The position numbers and the translations under genes were made by a program. A stretch of DNA of 64,000 nt, taken from contig CM022670.1 of NCBI GenBank assembly GCA_012295275.1, forward strand, positions 23,994,001 through 24,058,000, in the 5' to 3' direction. The DNA comes from Chrysomallon squamiferum (Eukaryota; Animalia; Mollusca). Position 1 is the stretch's first letter, and every line of letters starts with the position of its first letter. Below, piece by piece: positions 25,509-37,100 of this stretch. The notes beneath the pieces are model-generated. The model saw only the letters and a program-made list of their open reading frames with translations. It did no database searches and had not been told where the DNA came from.

Positions 25509-27222
25509 ATGGCGGACAAAAGTGGAGAAATTGTTGATCCAGTGCGAGAAAAACTTTGGCAGTATGAAAGACGGATGCACCAACAACAGATAAATCGAGG
25601 AAGCAAATATCCACCCTTTTCGATAGAACCAGTACCTTATGAAAGACAGAGACTGTCGGGAAGTGGATTATCTGCGGAAGACAGGCAGCTAAGACGTCAG
25701 TGGGTTAAAGATCAACAACTTTCTCCCAATGAACCAAGATACGTACCAGATGTGAAACCAAGGAACATCTTTAAGCGAATTTATAATGTGCCGATGAACG
25801 CATTATTTGACGCTTTAATACCTGTGCTGGTAGGTACTTTGAAAATGAGATCAGAATTGTGGTCGACCTTGACAGTGCTAAGTATCATCTATTCTGTGGC
25901 TGTAACCTTATTTGCACTTTAACTTGAAGTTATTGTCTTAAATTTTAATAATAAATATCCTTAAAGAAAAATTAAAGTTTAATATAATATTTTTGAGGCT
26001 GTTAACAATTAAATGGGAGATAATTTCTGTACAAAAGATCAGAACGACAGTAGACTGAATAGTAATCTTAAGATGTATACAGTATATGAGTATAGCTGAT
26101 GAATGATGTTTACATTAAATTTAGACTGTAAATTCTATTATTCACAGCTTAGTAACAAAATGTTCTGATCCTGAAAAAAACCACAACACCAAACATGATA
26201 TAGTAATAATGCATACATTATAATATGCCATCTTCTCATTAGCGTTTTCATATTTTTACATGTTTCAGGGTCCATGGGGTGCAACAATGGGAAGAATTCT
26301 TGTACCTCGAATTCTTCTAACCTTTGGTGGCGTTTATGCTCTTTACTACAATGTAAAATACAACAGAAATGTAAGTAATTTAAAAACAACCATATTTATT
26401 CTGCATTTCTCTCTGGATACTGTTGCAAAAATAGTTAGAATTAGTTTTCCATATGTATACAGTATAGGAAATAAAATGTGATAAATTATAATATCAATTG
26501 TAATGTCAACGATACCTCTTTTGTTTTATCAAATTAAAATTACATGGAAGTATATAAACAATATGAAAACACTTCATTTTAGGCAATGTGAGATTTTTTC
26601 AAAATTCTAATTTACTGTTGAGACCTGTGTTATAATCACAGGAGCATCATCATCTCTGCTGGGTTGGTCAGATAAAGGGTATAGTCAAAACTAACACTGA
26701 TAAGAACTAAAATAACCCTAAAAGGTTGTCATAAAATTAAATGAATTATGCTTTTTGGGAATCTGTGTAAACTAAGCCTTTGTCTTGAAAAGATATATAT
26801 TTTTTAATAATTATTTTAATAGGATTGGACAAGAGCTAATGGTTTTCATGTGTACGAGTCAAAACCACTTCCATATGGAGTAAGTATTTTCTGTATCATA
26901 ATGCTACAGTTCCTCTAATATTTTTCCAGAAAAGTTAATAAATGAAAACCAAAGAAGAAAAACTGCTTTTAAAAAATAAATAAATAAATAATTTTAAAGC
27001 TGATAAATCTTGTGAAAATGATTTGTAAGAACTAACTATGGAAAATAAAATTTAAAAATCACGCCTAATAATTGGAAATTTTAAATATACTGGGGCTAAT
27101 TCATTCATTGGATTATTTTTCAGAATTTCAAAAAGGTTGAGAAGAACAGCCCAAGTGACTATTGTGAACGTGGTTTTAAATCTAGGAATGCACTCTTGGA
27201 AGGGAAAACGAGTGCTGCTTAA
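25509..27222 (+). CDS. NDUFB6: NADH:ubiquinone oxidoreductase subunit B6 (B17); exons 25509-25829, 26269-26370, 26823-26879, 27124-27222
   Basis: ERQRL...LRRQWVKDQQLSPNEP motif, TM followed by YYNVKYNRN/DWTRANGFHVYESKP, and C-terminal SDYCERGFK fit the protostome NDUFB6 pattern; all phase-0 GT-AG introns; stop TAA 27220-27222. Confidence 0.9.
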
Positions 27223-30200
27223 TAAATTGACTATTTTTGATTTTTCAAAATACAGTTTTTGTAATTAAATTGGACAGTTAGAATAAAGTATAATTTGTGC
27301 TTAAGAAAACATTTTGACTGTAGCTAATACTTGCTAAACTGAATGTGTGACTGTTGTTAAAACTATTAAAATGTAACACTTTATTACTTAAATGGTTTTA
27401 GTCATAATTATTTCAAGTTCACTAATCTCTAATTGATTTTATTGTCCACTGCCAAGATATGCAAGTATATTGCAAAAGATGGTATATGTATAAAATAAAT
27501 GACTAAACAAAAAATTCTGCAAAAATTAAGTAGTGTAAACAAAACAAATTCAGATACTAAAATGGAATCGACAACGTTCACAGCGTATCTGCAGTCAAAT
27601 AACATCATATTTTATTTTTACCCCCCACCATTTTGATTAAGTACACTGCAGATAAAGAAAAACAGGTTAAAGAAGGTCAAAGCATATGCCAGGTCATGAA
27701 TGATTCAAACTGATGCTATTCTTGAATATCTTGATCAAATTAAACAGGATGTTTAGTTGAGGAACAGACCCAGCTAAAAAAATGTCACAGCACACCAAAT
27801 GTTGAGGTAGAACTGGCATTAGTAGTACTCTCAAATTGGATAGTAATTTGCAAGACCTGTTTGAAGGAGGGAGTTATAAAAACATATTTTACAGTATACA
27901 CATGGAAATTACTGGTCACTGGAGTATTTCAGTGACAACAGTTTGAATGCCCTTACTATTTACCAGTTATAGAGAAGGTGTATGTATGAATGTATGTAAT
28001 TTTGCAATGCTACAATAACTTTGTTCAGAAATGAAAGACATGCAGTTGAGACTTAAGAGCTCACATAGTAGTTGTGTCAGCAATGCCATACTTAGAATGG
28101 CTGTCACTTTGCACAATCTCACTATTACTTTAGCTTTTTGCATACAGCCAAAGGAAATGTTTGCCAGTTTTCTTCTTTTCAAACTTCTTCTGCCTTCCCC
28201 TAAGTAATACTTATAAAAGATGTCAATTTTTATTTGTTTCTTTTTAACCTGCAAAGTATCTGTCTAGATTAATATCTTTCACTGTCTAAGACTTGTAAAA
28301 CTTGCTTCTTATTTGTAATGGAGGCCATTTTCTTCAGAATAATTATGATGTACAGAAATGTTTTTATTAGAATCTACAACCAAGACAATAGAGCATTAGA
28401 CACTGAAAGAGATCCATACACTGATTTAATATGAAGAAAGTGTCACTATTAGAATCCAGTTGTAGCCATCTTAAAATCGGCATATCAATCTAATGATGAT
28501 CAGTCCATCATTTTTCTGGAAATGTCAGCACAATCACTCCAGCAAAACTACTAAAGTTAATGTAATCACTCATATGGGACACCTAGTAACCTAGCTCCTT
28601 ATTTCATCAAATAATTAATGTGAAAAAATACATTTTTCAAATCACTTTGGCTGCTTGGTGATACTATATTTTGGAGGTACTACTGCTCCTAATATGTTCC
28701 TAGGATTATATCCTAACAAAATGAACCATCAGACTTTATGCCACTATAAACAAATTTAAAGTGGTAAAGGTTTGTCCAAAATTAAGGTTCATGGTGGTCA
28801 TATTGAAAAATAAACAAAATTATATCGAGCCAAGAATTTGATTATCCATGGTCTCTAATTGCTGTGTCCATATTGTACAGTATCAAATCACTTCAGCAAA
28901 TTAGTAACACTACAAGTTGAAAAGTAGTGCCATTCCTCAAATATTCCTGGAATGAAAACCAGACTAGTTTTGTCATTATCTGACAGTATGTTATTCTTTC
29001 ACAGATCACGTTTATTTTTGTGACATCATAAAAAAAAACAAATAACCCCTTTAAACAAAAATTAATTATACAAATCCTGACCATACCTAGTCACCATTAG
29101 CAAATTTTATATATATATATGTAATGTTCACTTCAGTAGCACCTAGTTAGCAGATACTGATTAATCAAGGATAATAATTATGGATAAATATTTTTAAAGC
29201 TATAAATATTACCTATTTGACTTACCCTTCAACAAAAAAAAAATTAACCAATAAATAATAATTTAGATTATAAGCCAATATTGAGACAATCATTTTATAT
29301 GAAGTTTTCATGTTGTAAATCGTATTGTCCAGCTGCCACATTTAAGATAAATGGTACCTATCTTCTACTATTAAAAATTATTTTACAACTAATATATACT
29401 CCAGTAAAAACAAAAGACAGTAAAGCATAACTTGGCTATTCAAAACAACACAACTAAAATAAACATTTTTTTATTTCTGTTTTTGTTGCTTGCTAAAACA
29501 ACTTATTGTTGGTAACACACCTGACACAAGCCAAAAAGAAACACTAAATAAAATTGTAAGCACTTTATAAAACTTTTCAAACGGTGAATTTACAGTGTTT
29601 TTATATTTTATATATATATTAACGGCAAAAAACTAGTCTGAAATGTATGGTGGCCCAAAAAGTAAATTTGGGCCACTAAATTCATTTTGAAAAAAATCAA
29701 TTGCCCAAATTACTTTTTGGTAACAAACAAAAAATATTCACATTTCTTCTTGTAAGTGAAAGAAAATGTACTTGATCATTAACTTTAGACGCAAAATTAG
29801 TCTTTTCAGTAGGCACCAAATAAGCCGATCAATCAAATAAATTGGTTCAAAGAGAAAAAAGCCCAGATATTGGAACACCGTGAAGCAGACGGGAGAAGCT
29901 AAGACAGCAAATGGGAAGGTTTGGATTTGTCTGCGTATTTGGCTGAGATGATCTAGATGGTCATAATCAGTTTTATGATACTGGGTACAGTCAACTATAC
30001 GCATATCTGGTCCATAAAATTGGTGTTTATAAATAGATGTTGGTAAATTCAGGTTCGCCAATATGTCCAATTTATTGAACTACATGAAATAAACATTTGT
30101 GATAAAATTATTAGCAGTTCCTCTTGTGATATATATATATATGTACACTTGCACACACACATACACACAGTATTTTAGCCTTTCTCTACAGACGGCAAGA

Positions 30201-30248
30201 CTAATAAAGAAAAATAAGTTTAAAACAGTTCTTGTTTTTTTTCTCCTG

Positions 30249-33200
30249 TCAACTAGAATGGTGAGGATCTGGTTCATTTCGGCAAATAATTGACATCCGT
30301 CTGTTTCTTGGTACAGCTTCACCCTTAAAGTAGGATTCATTATTACCAAGTATTTCATGTGTATAATGATACCTTACAGCATCTCTGAAAAAGAAAACAA
30401 AAAGAAACTAGATGATTAAATAAAGAAACAATTTCTAATCGGTTAAGATCAGCTATTACAATGAATATTAATTCACAGACAACAATTAAAATAAAAAATT
30501 CAAACATAATAAAGTAAATTACAAAAGATTTTATTGATTGCATTTCAAACTGGTTTCCAGGCCATCTGCATCTATTATATATGATGTAGGTATTGGCCAC
30601 AGTTACATTTCAGCCAGTCATGGTACAATATCAGTTATTTTTAACACCTTTTTACAAGCAATCTGTAACATAAACTGCATGGAAATAAAGACGAAGATTT
30701 CCTGTTGAACTGTGTTCCATTTGTTTGATCATGATTTATTATGTGAAGCTGACAGTGTATGTTTTAAATCTGATTCAGTTTGAATGGTATTTTAAACTTT
30801 GCAAAATATTCACTGGGAAGTAGCAATTTTCAATATAAATGCTACCACTGATTGAGAGACATTCTCTTTTTGTTTGAAATGGTGTTGAGTGTACAGTACA
30901 GTTCACTGGCAAATTCTATCTCTGTTCTTGATCAAACTCAGCACCATCAGTTATGACAATCATTTAATTAATGTTTCTTATAAACTTATTCTAGAATTCA
31001 TTTAATTTTTATCTAATTATTTTCTGTTTATTCTGCTCCAAAAAAGGCTTGCATCATTGAAGCATAACAGAATTTAGAAAATGTTTGGACAGTCCAACCC
31101 ACTTAAAAAGAAAAGTTACATTCATATTTTTGTGTTGAAAAGGATTGTGATATCAACAATACTAGTCTCATACACTTGTCTTTTATTTTGCTTAAGACTA
31201 AAAACTATACTTTCAATTTTAAAATAAGTTTTGCAGTTTAGCTTTCCCTTGTTGATCTCAACATGAGTTTATGTCACATAAGTCAGTTTCAATCAATATT
31301 AGCTACTACTTTTTGCTTCACTTTCAAATGTTAATTACTGAAACACATTATTCTCTTTTAATTTAATCCAAGTTATAAAAAGAAAGTCAAGAAAAAAACT
31401 TGGATGTATTATATTATTACCAGTGTCTGGAATGCGAGTCTGAAGGTAACTGAAAACTGCAATATCAAAATACAACTAACAAATCACAAGCACGTTTGTT
31501 AGATAATTATATCCTTTTGGATGTGAAATTGTTATAGTGTTACTTCAGCATATGCATGCTTCTATTTCAATAATATAGTTGCATGTTATTTCGCAGCTAT
31601 TATCTAAATGCCAAGTACAAACCAGGTCAATACTGCACTGATTGTATCTGAAATTGAAGTTAATGATAGAAAAATTTAATCAAATTAAAGTTTGTTTATA
31701 AGTGGATGAAAATGGTTCATATTATGTTTGCTGATACTCTTGCATTAACACTAAAGTCAGTATCGATAGTGTGAGTAATAATATAGTATAAGAGTAAAAC
31801 CATTTAAAAAAGAATATATCTTTACTTCATTATGTAAAGAGACCGTTGCTTCAGCAGAACTTTGGCATTTTTATTCTTATCTTTTTCATGAACAAACTTC
31901 ATAACAGCTGCAGACAGAAGATTCAGTCCAGCAATTGTATTACCACAAAACTAGAAGTGAACAAAAGAAGAAGAAAAAAGAGTAAAATATGATGTGGTTT
32001 AAATGAAAAATTAAGCTTAACTGTTAACTAATCTGAACATTTCTGAAATAACTTATGATTTAAAAATAACCAAATCATAAATGAAATTATAAACTAGTTC
32101 ATTTTATACAGACACAGAATTTTATTACATACCACTATCAGCAATAGAAACAAATTATTAGAATTTCACTTTGAAAATTCACTTTTAAGTCACCTTAATT
32201 TTTTAATAAAATATCTAAACACATTTTCAATAAAAGAAAGCATGAAACCTGACTAATTAAATAATTTGCAAAACCACTTTATAATACATGAGTTATTTAC
32301 AAACAAATGACCTAAATGTAACTTTATCTTTTTATCATTTTTAAACTTATTAGAAAGATCAATTGCCCTTGCAATAAAAAAAACCCCATAACAGTTGAGA
32401 TTTTTTTTTTATTATTGACGATACTTACTCGCACAGCATCAATGTGTGGTTTAATATAACCGTCTTTAGATAATTCTAGCACATGTACATAGGCAAGATC
32501 ACGTGTACCTTTAGGAAAAGCTATTTTTTTCACCCTTTCCAAGATAGCAGAATTGTTTTCATTCCATTGTTTCCGCTCTGTTTCTTTGTATCCATGAATA
32601 GCCTAAAAAGGGGTTAAAATAAAACATTAATAATTAACAAGAGAAAATATATAAATATATAAATTTAACATAATAAATGCAAATGGTAATTAAATTATGT
32701 TATACAAAAAATGAAATTCAGGTAACTTCAAAATTTCTTTCATAAACTTACTCTATATTTTTGGTAGATGTGGTATAGTACTGTAGTGTAATAACAAGAT
32801 ATTTTTTCTCTCCATCATCAGATCTGACGATACTGTTTCTGATGTCCATAACAAACCAATAAGTACTAGCGCTTTATTATTAGTTAATAAATGCTGTAAT
32901 TCAATAAATTAACTAACTTGTCTTCGGGTACTCTGAATTTGACTACTAAAAGCTATAGTATAATATTAGCCATACAATTATATTCATATACTATACAGGT
33001 TAATAGAAAACCCCTGAAACTTGTATAAACATTTATGACTTAATGAAATATACATCATCCCAGTGGTCGACTTCATATCTAAGTCGTTTCATGTATGGTT
33101 CCACTTCATCCAATAAAGACTTTTCTTCTTTCTCAGAAAGGAAATCATGATACACTAACACGTTTTTGGATATAGTTTCTAATGTTTCTACATCGCTGGC

Positions 33201-33368
33201 TTCAACATCTGAGCTATACACCTCTGACTGGTTTGATGAAAGTTTTGATAAATGTTTATTAAATAATTGTTTCGGCTGAAATACTAGTAGTTGTTGGGCA
33301 CAGGTTTTATATGTTTTAAAAGAAGACTGTTTTAATAAGTTATCCAGCACAGTACGAACAACAATCAT
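30249..33368 (-). CDS. ALKBH7: Mitochondrial alpha-ketoglutarate-dependent dioxygenase AlkB homolog 7; exons 33368-33054, 32602-32429, 31950-31826, 30384-30249
   Basis: Basic N-terminal targeting-like peptide; EVEPYMKRLRYEVDHWDD/AIHGYKETE; HVLELSKDGYIKPHIDAVR (HxD); FCGNTIAGLNLLS; RSLYIMK/DAVRYHYTHEIL; RNRRMSIICRNEP. The Fe ligands and the 2OG-binding Arg are present. Confidence 0.95.
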
Positions 33369-33879
33369 GATCGTGTTTTATATGTAACGATTGTTAAACC
33401 GTTCCATAAACTTAGTCCACATGTTGAATGTCACATTGTTAGTATCGGAAGTTTAAAAGTAATATCCGCGTGCGCAGATCCATGCTATGCGCAGTTACTC
33501 CTAGCAACAACAATCAACGGTAATCGATGTTTTGAGGATATCAGCCTTTGAAGATCATCGAATCATCGTTTTATACAGATTGGTAAGATTTGCATTTTGT
33601 TTTGCTTTCCGAGTTTTAATTTGTTTTTAACTGCTGTGACAATAAAGAAAATAGTTGTTACTGTTAGTCACGTATTTTCGGTGTGAAACAGTTTTCGATT
33701 TACTTTTATTAAAATTACTTTCTTAAGAATGTTTAGAAAAAAAGAAAGAAAAATGTTTAAACAACAACCACATTTTTAGAAAGAAAATTATAGTAACAAC
33801 TGAAAATTAATAATATCATCATTTGTAATAAACAATATTTCAACCTTAACAAAGATAAGTAACCGGTTACCATCGCAAC
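33369..33879. promoter_or_regulatory. Bidirectional ALKBH7/CFAP57 promoter with ETS (CGGAAGT 33446-33452), NRF1-like (CGCGTGCGCA 33467-33476) and RFX X-box sites (33494-33508, 33866-33879)
   Basis: ALKBH7 ATG at 33368 (-); CFAP57 non-coding exon donor GTAAGA at 33583 (+). X-boxes GTTACTCCTAGCAAC and GTTACCATCGCAAC fit the RFX consensus GTTRCCATGGYAAC typical of cilia genes. Confidence 0.65.
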
Positions 33880-34180
33880 CATGCAATTTATTTCGCTTAA
33901 ATACAACGACAATCTTATTTTATAAAGATAGACATGTTATATATCTCATTCATAAATGCATTCCGTAAATAAATATGTCTGGTTGTCATTATTACGAAAT
34001 TACAGCTAAAGGAATAATAATAGTAGGAAGAAGAATAGAAACTGGAAAAGTGAAACAGCACAAAATTAATTTTCAAGTTTGCAATGATCAGTATTGATTT
34101 AATTATGACTTAGTTTGATATTTATAACCGTTATTAAAATATTTTAATTTCTTTTTCACCTTTTAGGATAAAGAGACGAA

Positions 34181-37100
34181 ATGTCAATTGCTATAGCACA
34201 GGCTAGGCACATTTTTGGTCTTCGACCTGGTGTGTCAGGGGCTATTTGTTATCATGATGAACAAACTATTGTTTACGCTGCAGGAGCAAATTGCATCCTA
34301 TACAACACTGACCAGAAAGTGCAGAAATTCATTCCTGGGACTGATAAAAGTCAAGGAATAACAGCTCTTGCAGTGAGTCCAAATAGGAGATATGTTGCTA
34401 TTGCTGAAAAGAGTGAGAAACCAACAATAACAATCTATGATTTGCATTCTCTAAGGAAAAAAAAGGTCTTAACATCACCTGATGTTACATCAGATGAATA
34501 CATTAGTCTTGCCTTTTCTCCAGACTCCAAGTACCTTGTAGCCCAAGGAGGAAAGAAAGACTGGATTTTACTGTACTGGACATGGGAGAAATCTAAAGTT
34601 ATGGCAACAGCCAAAACCTCAAATCCTCAAAATACAGCAGAAATTTATCAGGTAGATACACAATTATATTTGATATTTGTTACAGTTCTAAGCTGATTTT
34701 CACACTACTTAAATATGCCCTGAAGTATGGTGTTTATATTACATTACAGAATACATTTTCATAATCATTGTTCTAAAACATAGATCATTAATTTTTATAT
34801 TCTTTCCCACTCTTTTTATTTAAAGTGATTTATTAGTTTCTTAATTAATATTTTGTGAAGACATATAATATTTATTTCTGTTGTAGGTGAGCTTTAATCC
34901 CCAAGGATAATACACAACTTTGTGTGATAGGTAATGGCATCTTCAAGCACTTCCGCTACAGTGAAGGAAACCTCAAGCCTTTCAATTTCATGAAGATGGA
35001 AGCACAGAATTATCTTTGTCATGCCTGGGTTTCAGAGGAGCGAGTTGTAGTAGGAACAGACAATGGCCGATTATTGCTTTTTGAAGCAGGGGAACTGAAA
35101 AGTGAATTCGTAGTAGCAGATAAGAAAGATGATAAGTGAGTTATTTTAAACTTCGTTTTTTTCATCTAAGTCAATATTTTTAAAAACCAAAAAATTATCT
35201 TTTATGAAATTCTAAGCGTAAATAAAATAATTTTAAAAGTCAATAGATTATTCAATGCAGTTCAGTAAAAAATAACTGAAAATATACTGATGGAAATAAT
35301 TAAAATACTTCTAATCAGAGACCATTAAAACTGTATGTTTAATTTTCAGAACTGATGACAGTTCCAGTCCCAGCTCTATCCAAATTACTGCTATTGTTGC
35401 CTATTCCAAAGGCTATTTCTGTGCTTGTGGTCCAGGAACAGTGCATCTGTTTGAGAAAACAGATGACAAGGATTCTTTCAAAAAGGCCAGGGAGATTAAG
35501 GTAATATTATATGAAAAAATGTGTTTGAATTTAGTAGGGACTTTATATGTTGACTTATAAATATACTGTATAAATAAACACCTGAGTAAATTACTACATG
35601 TAAAACAAAAATAATTTTTCAGTTTAAAAATTAAATTTATTCACAGATCCCACCTGACAATAACAGTGCAGATCCAGCAAAATCACAACAGCAGGTTATC
35701 AAATGTTTGACCATCAGTCCATCTGAAGAAATCCTAGTAGCTAGCACCGAGTTAAACCAGCTTTATTATCTAACACTGTCCAGTGCTGATCTTGGCAAGG
35801 TACATTTTTATAAAGTTATTATTGTTAGATATGTTGTATTGTATATAACTGTATGTACTTATTTGTTTATACATAAAAAATGAACTTCCTATAGCTTGAA
35901 GATACCACCTGTATGGCAATGTTTGTACTGTTATTAGCAACCATCTGAAGTCATGATGTTCATAAAGATCCTTTTTCTTTAAAATAATTATTCAGTAATT
36001 ACTTCAATAAATTATTAAATCCTAAAATCATTTTAAATTCTTTGATACTGACATATATTTATAAAATAAGTAAAATTATGTACTGATATTTTGTTTCAGG
36101 GAGATCAAGCAACATTTGAGGTCCTAGCTCAGAGTTTTCATTATGGTCAGATTCTTGGCTTGGATGTTTGTATTAGGAAACCACTGATTGCTACCTCTTC
36201 AGTGGACAGATCTGTCAGGATATGGAATTATGAAACCTGGTCAGTTCTTATAACAGTCAAATTTGGTTTTTGGCTTAATGATAATCTGCTATAAAAATTA
36301 ACTTTCTTGTTTACAATTTTAAATTCTGTAACTTCATTGTTGTGAAGTATTAATTACAAAAGTGAGCATATTGAAAAATTTATAAACTAGTATAACCTAG
36401 TTTCATTATGAATTTTTACATTTGTATATGATACGACCAACATAATTTACAAATTTTCAGCTTCTGATATATATGTTGCATATTTATTTTTATTGTGTAT
36501 TTTTATTATAATTTAAATTTATTATTATTATAATTATTATTTTATTGTTGTTTTTATCTTATTTATTACAATTATTATTTTTTATTTTTTTTTAGCAATC
36601 TTGAGCTGTACAAAGAATTTGCAGAAGAAGCTTATGGTATTGCACTACATCCCTCAGGTCTCTACATACTCGTTGGATTTAGTGACAAACTGAGGTTGAT
36701 GAATTTACTTATTGATGACATAAGGACCTTTAAAGAATTCACAGTTCGAGGATGTAAAGAGGTGAGATGAAGATGAATTTATCATTATAATATCTTCAGC
36801 ATTTGGGATTTTTTGAGACGAGATAAATCTTTGAAAAAAAAAAAAAAATTCTATAAATAACTAAAGTAATTTTATGTTGTTGCTTTTGTATTTAATTACT
36901 AAAATATCTGTAGCAAAATGTTATTTAAAAAAACAAATATAACTAATGTTTTCATTTTTTTTTTTTTTCTCACTAGTGTGCTTTCAGCAATGGTGGACAT
37001 TTGTTTTCAGCTGTCCATGGCAATGTTATACAGATATACTCCACCACAACATTTGAGAATGTATCCAATCTGAAAGGTCACAATGGCAAGGTCCGATCTA

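Noticed and set aside
29738-30070. 110-aa minus-strand ORF downstream of ALKBH7
   Set aside because: No recognisable motif or splice chain; probably 3' UTR or a repeat remnant.
31421-31449. 29-nt exon-like segment (TTTCAG...GTAATA on minus) in ALKBH7 intron 3, possible poison exon
   Set aside because: Weak donor, frame-shifting, and similar splice-like signals occur on the opposite strand; cannot be told from chance without RNA data.
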